A stretch of 64,000 nucleotides of DNA from an uncultured Verrucomicrobiae bacterium. Lineage in GTDB: Bacteria; Verrucomicrobiota; Verrucomicrobiia; Chthoniobacterales; UBA10450. Positions 8,481-19,390 of the stretch are shown one piece after another. Position 1 is the first letter of the stretch, and each line of letters begins with the position of its first letter. The notes under the pieces are model-generated. The model was not told where the DNA came from, made no database searches, and was given only the letters and a program-made list of their open reading frames with translations. Location of the stretch: contig CAWDGJ010000002.1 of assembly GCA_963801815.1 (NCBI GenBank), positions 842,989 through 906,988 on the forward strand, given 5' to 3'. Position numbers and translations under genes: made by a program.

Positions 8481-10985
8481 CTAATCTTTCAAGCGAGCCA
8501 CTCTGTCGGCAATTTCTGGAAGCTGCTTGCGATCCTCTGCTGTCATCTGCGACGGGCCGAGGTCAAAGGTGAGCTTGTTGATTTTGCCGGTGAACTTGAA
8601 CGGACAATCGTAGTGATACTCCAAGGCAGCCACCGGGGTGCGGGTGTCCATTCCCACATCGAAGGTCTCGTCTTCTGGGAAATCGATGGGGATGGTGTGC
8701 TCCATGGATTTCTTGGCCACTTCCTTCCCATCCACAGTCAGCGTGCCGGTGCCGCCCTTGCCTAAACCGGGACCTTCGGGTTTGAAGTCGAACTTAATCG
8801 TATGCTTGCCGCCCTTTAACTCCGGGCCTTCCCAAGCCGTCCGCTTGAGATCGAGGAAGTTATAGAGAAAAACCAGGTGTCCCCGGCCGAATCCCAATTC
8901 GCCTTTGCTCAGGAACAACCCGTAGCCACCAAAACGTCCGCCGTCGGTCACGATCATGCCTTCCGCGCCGCCTTCAGGAATCTCGACCTCGGCGGTGATG
9001 CTATAGGACTTTTCCTTGATGTCGGGTGCGGCGGCGTTCGGGACATCGCTCAAGGTCCCTGAATAGGTGAAGGTCGTCCGTCCCGCCGTCGCGCTTGGAC
9101 GCTTCACCGTGAAGCGCGCCAGCGTCGAGTTGTCGAGCGGCAACACGTTGTACTTCGCCGCTTCGGCGTAGAAGACACCTTGCAAGGTTTTGAGTTTGTC
9201 CGGCATTTTGGCCGCGAGATCCGTAGACTCAGTGACGTCGTCGTTGAGATTGTAGAGTTCCCATTTGTAGCCCGTGAGCACGTCCGGCGGCGGAGCAGTG
9301 CTAAGAATCCACGGGATCGTTACTGGAGTCGTCGCGGCCATCCAGCCGTCCTGGTAAATGGCGCGGTTGCCCAGCATCTCAAAGTATTGGGTGCTATGTT
9401 TAGTAGGGGCGTTGGCGTTGGCCTTGTCCCAGGTGTAGGCCAGGCTCACTCCTTCGATGGGTCGTTGCTTGATGCCATTAATAGTGTCGGGCGCGGAGAT
9501 GCCGGTAGCTTCCAGTATTGTCGGCACGATATCGATGACGTGGTGGAACTGATTTCGAATGCCTCCGACATCGTTGATATGGCCGGGCCAGGAGATGCAC
9601 ATGCCTTGAGCCGTGCCGCCCCGATGCGATGCCACTTGCTTGCACCATTGAAACGGCGTGTCGAAGGCCCACGCCCAGGCCGCCGCCATATGCGGGAAGG
9701 TCCGCTCCGATCCCCAGAACTCGTACCAGAGGAACTGATCCTTCACTGGAACAGAGATACCATTGAAGGTTGTGAACTCGTTAGGCGTGCCGTTAAGCAT
9801 CCCCTCGGCACTCGCGCCGTTGTCGCCGCTAATGTAGATGATGAGTGTGTTATCGAGCTTGCCCATGTCCTCGACCGCCTGGATCACCCGGCCAATCTCG
9901 TTGTCGGTGTAGGCGAGATAAGCGCCGTAAACGTCGGCCTGTTTGATGAAGAGTTTCCTTTGCTCCAAATCGAGTGTGTCCCACTCCGGCAGGCTCTTTG
10001 GCCACGCTGTCAACTGCGCATTGGCGGGCAGGATGCCGAGTTTCTTTTGGTTGGCAAAAATGGTTTCTCTCACCTTGTTCCAACCGCCGTCGTAAAGATG
10101 CATGTCGCTAATCTTCTTGATCCATTCGGGAGTCGGATGATGCGGCGAATGCGTGCCGCCAGGGACGTAATAAACGAAGAAAGGTTTGTCTGGCGCAATT
10201 TCGCTTAGTTGCTTCATGTAATGGATGGCCTCATCGGCCATCGCCGTGGTCAAATTCCAGCCCGGATGCCCGAGATAGGGTTCGATGACCGAAGTATTCC
10301 GGAACAGGTTCGGTTGCCACTGGCTGGTGTCGCCGCCGACGAACCCATAGAAATATTCGAACCCCAAGCCGGTCGGCCACTGGTCGAACGGCCCGGCCTG
10401 GCTCGCTTTGTAAAAGGGTGTGTTGTGATCCTTGCCGAACCACGAGGTGGCATATCCGTTCTCCTTGAGGATTTCAGCGATCGTGCCGCAATCCTTCTGG
10501 ATGACCGAGTCGTACCCCGGAAAACCCGTCGCCGCTTCACCCACCACGCCGAAGCCGGCCGTGTGGTGATTGCGCCCGGTAATGATCGCCGCGCGCGTCG
10601 GTGAGCAGAGAGCACAGGAATGAAACTGCGTGTAACGCAACCCCGCCTTCGCGATGCGATCCAATGCCGGCGTCGGCACGACCCCGCCGAACGTGCCGGG
10701 GGCACCGAATCCGCAGTCGTCAGTCATGATAAGTAAAACGTTGGGCGCGCCTTTGGGCGGCACGACGGTGGGCGGCCACCACGCTTTCGACTCCGTGGCC
10801 TTTTCCTTGATCACGCCGCCAAACGTCGGATCGGGTGCGGGCAGTTGTTTGCCATCGATAGTGGTGGTGGCATTGGGTGCACCGAGTGTGCCGGTCACTT
10901 GCTGGGCTGGCGCGGGTGGGGCAACGAACATCGCTGCCGCAACGACCAGAACGTGCAGGCCGCAGTATTTCGTTTTGTCTTTCAT
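8481..10985 (-). CDS. Arylsulfatase 1 (Cys-type, exported)
   Basis: PNVLLIMTDD, ALCSPTRAAIITGR, FGKDH, SGDNG motifs; signal peptide. Confidence 0.95.
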   Translation of the reverse strand: MKDKTKYCGLHVLVVAAAMFVAPPAPAQQVTGTLGAPNATTTIDGKQLPAPDPTFGGVIKEKATESKAWWPPTVVPPKGAPNVLLIMTDDCGFGAPGTFGGVVPTPALDRIAKAGLRYTQFHSCALCSPTRAAIITGRNHHTAGFGVVGEAATGFPGYDSVIQKDCGTIAEILKENGYATSWFGKDHNTPFYKASQAGPFDQWPTGLGFEYFYGFVGGDTSQWQPNLFRNTSVIEPYLGHPGWNLTTAMADEAIHYMKQLSEIAPDKPFFVYYVPGGTHSPHHPTPEWIKKISDMHLYDGGWNKVRETIFANQKKLGILPANAQLTAWPKSLPEWDTLDLEQRKLFIKQADVYGAYLAYTDNEIGRVIQAVEDMGKLDNTLIIYISGDNGASAEGMLNGTPNEFTTFNGISVPVKDQFLWYEFWGSERTFPHMAAAWAWAFDTPFQWCKQVASHRGGTAQGMCISWPGHINDVGGIRNQFHHVIDIVPTILEATGISAPDTINGIKQRPIEGVSLAYTWDKANANAPTKHSTQYFEMLGNRAIYQDGWMAATTPVTIPWILSTAPPPDVLTGYKWELYNLNDDVTESTDLAAKMPDKLKTLQGVFYAEAAKYNVLPLDNSTLARFTVKRPSATAGRTTFTYSGTLSDVPNAAAPDIKEKSYSITAEVEIPEGGAEGMIVTDGGRFGGYGLFLSKGELGFGRGHLVFLYNFLDLKRTAWEGPELKGGKHTIKFDFKPEGPGLGKGGTGTLTVDGKEVAKKSMEHTIPIDFPEDETFDVGMDTRTPVAALEYHYDCPFKFTGKINKLTFDLGPSQMTAEDRKQLPEIADRVARLKD

Positions 10986-11144
10986 AGTTTGGTTCCGGTT
11001 ACTGAATCTACAAAAGTAATGCGGCGGTAATTCAAGCGCGGTTTGTGATCGTTACACTTGTTAGGCGTGGAGCGCCGTGCCGGCACGGAGTGAGCAAAGG
11101 CATACGTTTCCCGAAATTCTCAGGTTCGGCCTTCTTTGCGCCAA

Positions 11145-11160
11145 TTGGACCTAGGTCGTA
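11145..11160. promoter_or_regulatory. Palindromic box TTGGAC-CTAG-GTCGTA
   Basis: 160 bp upstream of sulfatase 1; same offset as the sulfatase 2 box. Confidence 0.75.
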
Positions 11161-11218
11161 CGAAGGGCGTTTCAACACCGGATCAACGCGGCAGCAACAA
11201 CTTGCCTTGGATTTTCGG

Positions 11219-13735
11219 TTACTCGCTGAGTTTGTTGTTCCGTTGCGCCTCTTCGAGTGTCTTGATGTCGTCGGGCGACAACTGCGGCCGGTCCACTTTG
11301 ATCGTCAGCTTGTTAAGCTTGGCGGTGAGCGGAAAAGGAGGCAGATAATCCGAGTCGTTTACACCGGTCAGCGTGTCGGAGCCAATGTCGAAACTCTCGT
11401 CCCATTGCAAAATCATGGGCAGGGTTTTCTCCATCTTCTGGGTGGCGACTTCCTTCCCGTCAACCTTAAGAGTGCCGGTGCCGGGACGGCCAAGACCGCT
11501 CATATTATTAAAGGCGAGCGTGCCGACGCCAAGGCCATCATACTTGAAGTCGAACTCGACCGTATGTTTGCCGGGTATGAGCGCGTCCGGGCCTTCCCAC
11601 TTCACGCGTTTCAGGTCAATCAGGTTCCAGAGGAATACCGGTTTGCCCTTGAGCAGGTAGAATCCGTAGCCGGCAAACCGGCCACCCGAGGTCACAATCA
11701 TGCCTTCAGCTCCGCCTTCAGGTACATCGATGTCCGCCGTGATGGTGTAGGAGGTGTTGAGCAACATCGGGGAGTCGCCCTGTGGCAATCCGACCATCGG
11801 GAGCGTGTAAACGAACTCGGTGCGACCGGCCGTGATGTTCGGGCGCGGCGCCACGATGCGGGCGGCCACCGATGCGTCCATCGGGAAAACCTCATACTTC
11901 TTCGCTTCCGCTATGAACATCTGTTTCATCGCCTTCACTTTGTCCGGATATTTGCTTGCCAGGTTCTGGGACTGACTGAAGTCCTTGTCCAAGTTGTAGA
12001 GTTCGAGCACCTGGTTATTGAGCGGGTCGGGATTTGCGGGGCCAAAGGCTTCCCACGGCGCCCGATTCACTTGAGTGCTCAGCAGCCACCCTTCGTGATA
12101 TAAAGCCCACTGGCCCATCATCTCGAAATACTGGGTTGTATGCTTCGAGGGCGCCTTGGCGTTCTTCGCGTCGAACGTATAGGCGAAGCTCGTACCTTCG
12201 ATTGGTGCTTGCTTGATGCCATCCACCATTTGAGGCGCGGGAATGCCGGAGACCTCCAGGATCGTGGGCACAATGTCATTGATGTGACAGAACTGTTGGC
12301 GCAGGCCGCCTTTGTCCGCGATGTGACCGGGCCATGAGATGGCCATGCATTGACGGATGCCGCCAAGCTTCGAGGCGTTCTGTTTGAACCAGGTGAAGGG
12401 CGTATCAAAGGCCCAAGACCAGCCCGCCGACATGTGGTTGTAGGTCTGCTCCGTGCCCCAGACGTCGTACCACTTCATCTGGTCGGCGACGGGCATCATG
12501 TTTACGCCGTTAAAGAATGCGACTTCGTTAGGCGTGCCAACGGGCCCGCCCTCGGCGCTGGTGCCATTGTCGCCATTGATGTAGATGATGAGCGTGTTAT
12601 CCAGCTTACCCATATCCTCGACGGCCTGGATGACACGGCCAATTTCGTAGTCGTTGTAGGCCTCATAGGCGGCGAAGACTTCCACCTGCTTGACGAAGAG
12701 CTTCTTTTCCTCGGGCGTGCAATCATCCCAGTTCTTGAGAATTTTCGTAGGCCAGGGCTCTAGTTGGGTATCCGCCGGAATCACCCCAAGTCGCTTTTGG
12801 TTTTCAAAAATTCTCTCGCGCAATTTGTTCCAGCCATCGTCGAACAGGTGCATGTTGTGGATCTTGTCCACCCATTCCTTTGTCGGATGATGCGGTGCGT
12901 GCGTGGCGCCTGGAACGTAATAACAGAAGAACGGTTTGTCCGGCTGGATCTGGTTAACGCGATTGAGGTACTCGATGGCGTCGTCAGCCATGCCGGTGAC
13001 CAGGTTCCAGCCGGGCTTGCCTTGGAAGGGATAGATCTGCGTGGTGTTGCGGAACAGATTCGGTTGCCACTGATTCGCGTCGCCGCCGACGAATCCGTAA
13101 AAGTATTCGAATCCCTGTCCGATGGGCCAGTTATCAAACGGTCCTACCTGGCTGGCGCAGAACGCCGGCACGTTGTGATCCTTTCCGAACCACGACGTCG
13201 CATAGCCGTTGTCCAAAAGGATGCGGCCGATGGTCGCCTTGTCCTTCGGGATGATGCTGTTGTAACCCGGGAAACCGGTCGATTGTTCGGAGATCACGCC
13301 GAAGCCGGCTGAATGATGATTGCGCCCCGTGATGAGCGCGGCCCGCGTCGGCGAGCAGAGCGCAGTGGAGTGAATATTATTGTAGCGCAAGCCGGAATTA
13401 GCGAGTCGATCCATCGTGGGTGTCGGGATGACGCCGCCGAACGTGCTCGGCACGCCGAAGCCCGAGTCGTCCGTCATGATGAGCAGGATGTTGGGTGCTT
13501 TCTTGGGCGGAACGATTCGCGGCGCCCACCACGGTTTGGATTGAAGGGCTCCCTCCTTAATGACGCCGCCGAACTTCGGATCGGGTGGCGGGAGTTGCTT
13601 ACCATCGATCGTGGTCGTGGCGCTGGGCTCACCGGGCGTGCCGTTGATTTGCTGAGCTGGCGCGGGTGGGACGACGAACATCACTGCCGCAGCGACCAGA
13701 AGGGCCAGGCCGCCGTATTTTGTTTTGTCTTTCAT
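11219..13735 (-). CDS. Arylsulfatase 2 (Cys-type, exported), tandem paralog of sulfatase 1
   Basis: ALCSPTRAALITGR; start MKDKTKY at 13735 by homology to sulfatase 1. Confidence 0.95.
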   Translation of the reverse strand: MKDKTKYGGLALLVAAAVMFVVPPAPAQQINGTPGEPSATTTIDGKQLPPPDPKFGGVIKEGALQSKPWWAPRIVPPKKAPNILLIMTDDSGFGVPSTFGGVIPTPTMDRLANSGLRYNNIHSTALCSPTRAALITGRNHHSAGFGVISEQSTGFPGYNSIIPKDKATIGRILLDNGYATSWFGKDHNVPAFCASQVGPFDNWPIGQGFEYFYGFVGGDANQWQPNLFRNTTQIYPFQGKPGWNLVTGMADDAIEYLNRVNQIQPDKPFFCYYVPGATHAPHHPTKEWVDKIHNMHLFDDGWNKLRERIFENQKRLGVIPADTQLEPWPTKILKNWDDCTPEEKKLFVKQVEVFAAYEAYNDYEIGRVIQAVEDMGKLDNTLIIYINGDNGTSAEGGPVGTPNEVAFFNGVNMMPVADQMKWYDVWGTEQTYNHMSAGWSWAFDTPFTWFKQNASKLGGIRQCMAISWPGHIADKGGLRQQFCHINDIVPTILEVSGIPAPQMVDGIKQAPIEGTSFAYTFDAKNAKAPSKHTTQYFEMMGQWALYHEGWLLSTQVNRAPWEAFGPANPDPLNNQVLELYNLDKDFSQSQNLASKYPDKVKAMKQMFIAEAKKYEVFPMDASVAARIVAPRPNITAGRTEFVYTLPMVGLPQGDSPMLLNTSYTITADIDVPEGGAEGMIVTSGGRFAGYGFYLLKGKPVFLWNLIDLKRVKWEGPDALIPGKHTVEFDFKYDGLGVGTLAFNNMSGLGRPGTGTLKVDGKEVATQKMEKTLPMILQWDESFDIGSDTLTGVNDSDYLPPFPLTAKLNKLTIKVDRPQLSPDDIKTLEEAQRNNKLSE

Positions 13736-13894
13736 GGTTTGGTTCCGGTTACTGAAATCTGCAAAAGTAATGCGGCGGTAACTCGAGCGCGGTTGGTGGT
13801 CGTCACACTTGTTAGGCGTGGAGCGCTGTACGGAGACGGATAGAGGAGCGGCATGCAGTCCCGCAATTCTTAGCCCCAGGTTTTCAAGCGCCAA

Positions 13895-13910
13895 TTGGAC
13901 TTAGGTCTTA
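13895..13910. promoter_or_regulatory. Palindromic box TTGGAC-TTAG-GTCTTA
   Basis: 160 bp upstream of sulfatase 2. Confidence 0.75.
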
Positions 13911-14069
13911 CAGAAAATGCCGGGGGCTACGCCTGGCGCAGCCCCGCAAGTTTCAGAGGTGAGGCTACCTAGTCATTCACTCGAGCGACGGCCTCTGCCT
14001 TGGCCTTCAGTGAGACTATTCCGTCTCCGTTATCTCTGCTTGCTGTTAAATCCTGTCTTGAGAGATCAA

Positions 14070-15512
14070 TCAAAGCACAGGCCCGAGGAGGGCCAGCGTG
14101 TTGTTCCAGAACTTTCGTGGCAGAGACCACGCCTCCAACATCTCGCGCGTAACTGGCCGTGACTTCTCCAGGTAATCCATCTGCCGTTCGCGCATGGCCG
14201 CGGTCAGCGCAGCATCGAGTAGCAGAATGTTGTTCTCGTAGTTCAGGTCGAAACTGCGCCGATCCATGTTGGCCGAGCCAATGAGCGTGACATCGCCATC
14301 AACCGTGAGCGATTTGGTGTGCAGCAGTCCGCCGACGTACTCGTAAATCAACACGCCAGCGGCGAGTAGATCGGGATAGTAACTGCGACTCGCGCCAGCC
14401 ACGATCCAGGAATCGTTGCGCGCGGGAAGAATGATCGTGGTCTTTACGCCGCGGTAGGCCGCCGAGCAGAGTGCGTTTTGCAGCGACTCATCGGGAACGT
14501 AATATGGCGTCGTAATCATCAAATCGTTGCGCGCCGCGTAAATCAGCGCTTCGAACAACTCCGGCATCGCGGAGCAGCGAACGGTTGGTCCGGTGCCGAC
14601 CGCCTGCGCCACAAAGCCCAGCCTGGGAGCGTGTAACGGCTCCCGCAACAAGTCGTCCAGGTTTTCGTTAGTCGCGCTCATCCAGTCAACCGCGAAGAGG
14701 CGCTGATTCTCCTGCGCGATCGGGCCCTCGAAACGCATCAGCGCATCCACCCACGGCGCAAACTTCGCCTTGATGAGAAATTCCGGATCCGCGCAATTTT
14801 GGCTGCCGCAGTAGGTGATGGCATTGTCGATCACCACGATCTTGCGATGGTTGCGCAGATCGACTCGCCGGAAGGGTGCCCGCAACACGGGGTGACTGAT
14901 CGCGAGTGCCACGCCCACTTTCACGCCCGCGGCCTGCATCGCCTTCCATTGCTCCGATTTCAGCAATCCACGCGAACCGAGATTATCCACCATGGCACGG
15001 CATTGCACGCCCCGTCCTGCGGCCCGCTTGAGCGCGTCGGCCACGCGGCTCCCGTTGATGTCGGTGAGCCAAATGTAGAAGAGGACATGGACGTGATCCT
15101 TCGCCGCATCAATGTCCGCCACCATCGCGTTGATGGCCGCGTTCGAATCGGCCAGCAACCGTGCCGAATTGCCCGCGATCGGTTCGAAACCGCTGATGGA
15201 TCGGCCGACCCGAAACAGATGCTCGTAACGATCGGGAATCTCCGTTCGCAGATTGGCGTCGTCGTCCGCTGTTCCGGGGCGGGGCGGCGGCATGCGATTC
15301 TCGATGGCTCGCAATTTGGCCGCGCGCCGGCGGCCGATATTCACCTCGCCGAACAGAGCGTAGGCGATCACGCCGAGCAGCGGCAGCGCGAGAATTACCG
15401 CCACCCAAGCAATGCGCGAGGCGGGTTCGCGATGCGGCCGCAACATCACGCGCACCAGGACAACGAGCTCCACCGTTAGGCCGGCGGCCAGTATGATCTT
15501 GGGGAAAGTCAT
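14070..15512 (-). CDS. cls: Cardiolipin synthase
   Basis: Two N-terminal TM helices and two HKD motifs (RNHRKIVVID, LHTKSLTVD..GSANMDRRS). Confidence 0.92.
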   Translation of the reverse strand: MTFPKIILAAGLTVELVVLVRVMLRPHREPASRIAWVAVILALPLLGVIAYALFGEVNIGRRRAAKLRAIENRMPPPRPGTADDDANLRTEIPDRYEHLFRVGRSISGFEPIAGNSARLLADSNAAINAMVADIDAAKDHVHVLFYIWLTDINGSRVADALKRAAGRGVQCRAMVDNLGSRGLLKSEQWKAMQAAGVKVGVALAISHPVLRAPFRRVDLRNHRKIVVIDNAITYCGSQNCADPEFLIKAKFAPWVDALMRFEGPIAQENQRLFAVDWMSATNENLDDLLREPLHAPRLGFVAQAVGTGPTVRCSAMPELFEALIYAARNDLMITTPYYVPDESLQNALCSAAYRGVKTTIILPARNDSWIVAGASRSYYPDLLAAGVLIYEYVGGLLHTKSLTVDGDVTLIGSANMDRRSFDLNYENNILLLDAALTAAMRERQMDYLEKSRPVTREMLEAWSLPRKFWNNTLALLGPVL

Positions 15513-15896
15513 CTTGCGTCCAAATCAGATTAGCCCGCATTTGCAGATCTCGTCATCATGCTGCGCGATTATCGACTAGTCGACCTTAAGGTCTAAGACG
15601 TGTCGCCCGCGAGAATAAGGCGGGCAACGCGGCGCTGCACAAGGGCATTGGAACATCTGTGGCGATAACGCGTCTGAAGCGCAAGCAAGCGTCGCCAATT
15701 CGTAAGCTTCAAGAAAAACAATCTCCAAGCACCAGAGAAACTTCAAGGGCCAAACATCAACGCCTAACACCCCAGCCTTTGGAGCTCGTTCGTTGGTTCT
15801 TCTCTGGAAGCTGATCAACTTCGTGCGTGGCAATCTCATAGGACGTCTTGTTGTTTTGGTTTCCCCAGAGTCATCGATCGGCCGATCCTTCGACTA

Positions 15897-15912
15897 TTGG
15901 ACCAAGGCCGTA
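15897..15912. promoter_or_regulatory. Palindromic box TTGGAC-CAAG-GCCGTA
   Basis: Consensus match in the divergent intergenic region; GAGAAT 22 nt downstream on + strand. Confidence 0.6.
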
Positions 15913-16061
15913 CGACCACACGCGGAGTACCCGTGAGAATTCTTCACCGGGTAAGCCGGCGGCGCGAAATGGTTCGATACTACTTTGAGAGATACCGTCT
16001 TCCAAAATGACGCCAGACTTCACAATGACCGCCGCGTCCTATACAATCATTCAGTAAATCC

Positions 16062-16817
16062 ATGAGTCCTATCATTGCCTCAATCATCACACTGGTCGCC
16101 CTTTGCCTTGCGATTCTGGTTGGACACCAGATTCGCCGCACCCTGCCGGATCGTCGATTGAACGATGAAACCAAGGATACGGTAAAACTCTCCATGGGTC
16201 TGGTGGGGACTCTGACGGCTCTCCTTCTCGGCCTGCTCATCAGCTCAGCCAAGAATTCTTACGACACGCAACGCAGCCAGGTGACACAGATGGTGGCAAA
16301 AGTGGCCGTGCTCAATCGTGTGCTAGCCCTTTACGGCGACGAAACACTCCCGGCTCGTAAACTGTTTCGTCTCGCGATCGAAGATGCGATCCGACGGTTG
16401 TGGCCGAAAGACAGAAATGCTTCCGCACAGCTGCAGCCCAACACTCAGGTGGCGGACTCGGTTTATTTTGAAATTGAAGCTCTCACGCCGGCCAACGATC
16501 GCCAGCAAAAGCTCAAGGCGATCGCCGAGACTAACGCGGTTGATATTGCGCAGCAGCGCGCGTTGCTCGTGGCGCAGTCGGAAAGGTCCGTCTCGGCTCC
16601 GATGCTGTTGGTGCTTGCTTCCTGGCTCATCATCATCTTCGCCAGTTTCAGCCTGCTCGCTCCGCCGAACCTGATGGCAAATCTTGCTTTGGTCATTTCG
16701 AGTATCGCCGTGGCCGGCGCAATTTTTCTTCTTCTCGAACTCGACCAGCCGTTCGATGGTTTGCTTCGAATCCCGAACCGCGAAATGGTCAACGCCTGGC
16801 AGCAATTGCCGCAGTAA
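16062..16817 (+). CDS. Membrane protein, DUF4239/bestrophin-like
   Basis: TLTALLLGLLISSAK and FLLLELDQPFDG motifs; 4 TM segments. Confidence 0.7.
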   Translation: MSPIIASIITLVALCLAILVGHQIRRTLPDRRLNDETKDTVKLSMGLVGTLTALLLGLLISSAKNSYDTQRSQVTQMVAKVAVLNRVLALYGDETLPARKLFRLAIEDAIRRLWPKDRNASAQLQPNTQVADSVYFEIEALTPANDRQQKLKAIAETNAVDIAQQRALLVAQSERSVSAPMLLVLASWLIIIFASFSLLAPPNLMANLALVISSIAVAGAIFLLLELDQPFDGLLRIPNREMVNAWQQLPQ

Positions 16818-16944
16818 CCGCTAAAAACCAATTCCGGTCTCGATGTAAGGACCGTTCAAGTCGGTCTTGTTTGTAAAACCGCCTGACATGTAGTCGTACT
16901 TCATGTAACGGCCGCAAAGCGCAAAGAATTGTTTTCCGACTGAA

Positions 16945-19374
16945 TCAGTCTTCGATAGCGGCTGCTACCTCTTCTGCGTCTTCCTCAGATTTCTTATCAA
17001 CCGCGCTCAAGTTTGATGGCTTGGTGTCGATTGTGACTTTGATAATCTTGCCAGTGAACTGATTCTCTCCCGGCTTGTAGTCGTTGGAAACCATTGTTTC
17101 GTTATCCACGCCTACATCGACGCCTTCATCGGCTGAAAACGCGTACGGTTGCGTCTTGGGAATTCGCCCGGTCGCCACTTGCTGGCCATCAACGTAGAGC
17201 GAGCACTTGCCACCCGAGCCAGGTTTTGGCGCATCGACTATGAATTCATACTTGATCTCGTGTTTGCCTGCTGGCAAGGCATCCGGCCCGGCAATGTTGG
17301 TTCTCTCCACTCCGAAGTAATTGTACTCGTGATGTATTTTTCCCTCTCTCATATAGAGCACCCACCCTCCGAACGCGCCAGCCTGGGCGATGATCACGCC
17401 GTTGGTGTTGGCGTCCTTGATTTCGACAGGTGCGGTGACCGTGTAGGAGCAATTCTTCACATTGATGAACGCGTTTTCGGTAATGCCGACCATGCCCGGG
17501 TAAACTGTTAACGACGTGCGATCGCCTATCAGGTCGGGTCTCCCGGCAATGGCCGCATTAAAGCGCTCTGATCTGCGGTCATCGATAGGCAGCACATGAT
17601 TCTTGATTGCCTCCTTCGTGAAGAGGTTCTGAAGCTCTTTCAACTTCGACGGATTCTTCGATGCCAAATCAATCGCTTCGCTAAAATCGTCGGCTACATG
17701 GTAGAGTTCCCAAGTGTCCTTGGAAAGCGGCGGAAGCGGCACCATGAGCCAGGGTATAGAGTGGCGCGTGCATGCTACCCAGCCATCATGATAGATCCCG
17801 CGGTTTCCAAACATCTCGAAATACTGAGTAGTGTGCGTTTCCTTGGCGTTGGGATTGTCGAAGGCATAAACCATCGATGTTCCATCGAAAGGTCTTTGCA
17901 CCGTCCCGTTCACGCTTTTCGGAAAAGGCAAACCTGCGGCTTCCAAGACAGTAGGTGCAATGTCCGTCACGTGAGTAAACTGGGAGCGGACTTCTCCTTT
18001 TGCTTTAATGCGCGCCGGCCAATGGATCACAACACCATTCGTAGTTCCACCATAATGCGACGCGATTTGCTTGGTCCACTGAAACGGAGTGTCGCCCGCC
18101 CAGGCCCATCCTATGGCATAGTGTGGGAACGTGCTTGGTCCGCCCCACTCATCCAGATGCGGCATATTGATCTCAGCGGTGTTGATGATCCCGTTCAGCG
18201 CCATCATTTCGTTGTAAGCGCCCTCTGGTCCGCCTTCCGCGCTAGCACCGTTATCGCCGACGATGTAGATGAACAATGTGTTGTCCATTACTCCCATCTC
18301 GCTCAGCGCATTCGCCAGTCGACCCACCTGTTCATCGGTGTGCTCGGCAAAACCGGCGAACGTCTCCATTTGTCGCGCCTCAAGTTTTTTCTGATTCGGT
18401 GTCTGAGAATCCCAGGATGGAATTTCTTTTGGACGCTTCGTTAGCTCCGCGTTCGCCGGAATGACGCCAATTTGTTTCTGGCGAGAAAAGGTTTCTTCGC
18501 GCAGCGCGTCCCAACCCTGATCAAACTTGCCCGTATAGCGCTCAATATATTCCTTGGGAACATGATGCGGAGCATGCAAAGCGCCGGTAGCAAAGTAGAC
18601 AAAGAAAGGCTTGTCCGGAGTTAACGAGTGTTGCGCCTGCATCCAGGCGATCGCCTGGTTAGTCATGTCGACGGTAAAGTGGTAATCAGGATCATGCGCC
18701 GGCTCAACCCGGATGGTTCCATCGAAGATGGCAGGCGCCCACTGATTGGTCTCACCGCCGATGAAGCCATAGAACTTGTCGAAACCAGAATGCGTCGGCC
18801 AGCGGTCAAGCGGTCCGGAAACCGAGACCTCCCACGGCGGCGTTTCGTGATACTTGCCGAAAGCGGCGGTGCTATAGCCATTCAGACGCAGCATCTCTGC
18901 GAGCGGTGCGACGCTCTGTGGGCGGATGCCGCTATTGCCGGGAAATCCGGTGGCGAGCTCCATGATCGCGCCCGCATTGTTAACGTGATGATTGCGCCCC
19001 GTTAGCAGCGCCGTGCGAGTGGGAGAACAAAGCGCAGTGGTGTGGAAATTGTTTAGGCGCAACCCGGCCTCAGCGAGTTTGTCCAGGGTCGGCATCTTGC
19101 ACGGCCCGCCAAAGGCGCTTGATTGTCCAAAGCCGATGTCGTCGAGCAAAACAACGACGACATTGGGCGCTCCGTTCGGTGATTTGATCTCAAACCGCGG
19201 TGGCGCCTTGGCGTTGCGAGCATCCAATTCCGTGATTGTTGGGTACTGCGGTTCGCGGATCGGCAGCACCGTCCGATCAAGTGTTGCGGGCGCCTGATCC
19301 GCCTGGTCCCATGCGAATGAAGCGGCGGCAATCAACCCGAGTGTAAGAAAGGCGAGCTTAGTTTTGATTTTCAT
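16945..19374 (-). CDS. Arylsulfatase 3 (Cys-type, exported)
   Basis: PNVVVVLLDDIG, ALCSPTRTALLTGR, FGKYH, GDNG. Confidence 0.95.
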   Translation of the reverse strand: MKIKTKLAFLTLGLIAAASFAWDQADQAPATLDRTVLPIREPQYPTITELDARNAKAPPRFEIKSPNGAPNVVVVLLDDIGFGQSSAFGGPCKMPTLDKLAEAGLRLNNFHTTALCSPTRTALLTGRNHHVNNAGAIMELATGFPGNSGIRPQSVAPLAEMLRLNGYSTAAFGKYHETPPWEVSVSGPLDRWPTHSGFDKFYGFIGGETNQWAPAIFDGTIRVEPAHDPDYHFTVDMTNQAIAWMQAQHSLTPDKPFFVYFATGALHAPHHVPKEYIERYTGKFDQGWDALREETFSRQKQIGVIPANAELTKRPKEIPSWDSQTPNQKKLEARQMETFAGFAEHTDEQVGRLANALSEMGVMDNTLFIYIVGDNGASAEGGPEGAYNEMMALNGIINTAEINMPHLDEWGGPSTFPHYAIGWAWAGDTPFQWTKQIASHYGGTTNGVVIHWPARIKAKGEVRSQFTHVTDIAPTVLEAAGLPFPKSVNGTVQRPFDGTSMVYAFDNPNAKETHTTQYFEMFGNRGIYHDGWVACTRHSIPWLMVPLPPLSKDTWELYHVADDFSEAIDLASKNPSKLKELQNLFTKEAIKNHVLPIDDRRSERFNAAIAGRPDLIGDRTSLTVYPGMVGITENAFINVKNCSYTVTAPVEIKDANTNGVIIAQAGAFGGWVLYMREGKIHHEYNYFGVERTNIAGPDALPAGKHEIKYEFIVDAPKPGSGGKCSLYVDGQQVATGRIPKTQPYAFSADEGVDVGVDNETMVSNDYKPGENQFTGKIIKVTIDTKPSNLSAVDKKSEEDAEEVAAAIED

Positions 19375-19390
19375 GGTTGTGGTTTTCAGA

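Noticed and set aside
13736..13894. 53-aa N-terminal extension of sulfatase 2 in the ORF track
   Set aside because: The paralog starts at MKDKTKY; the extension covers the promoter and leader
15580..15595. GACCTTAAGGTC palindrome upstream of cls
   Set aside because: GAC-N6-GTC spacing differs from the N4 consensus; not counted as a box
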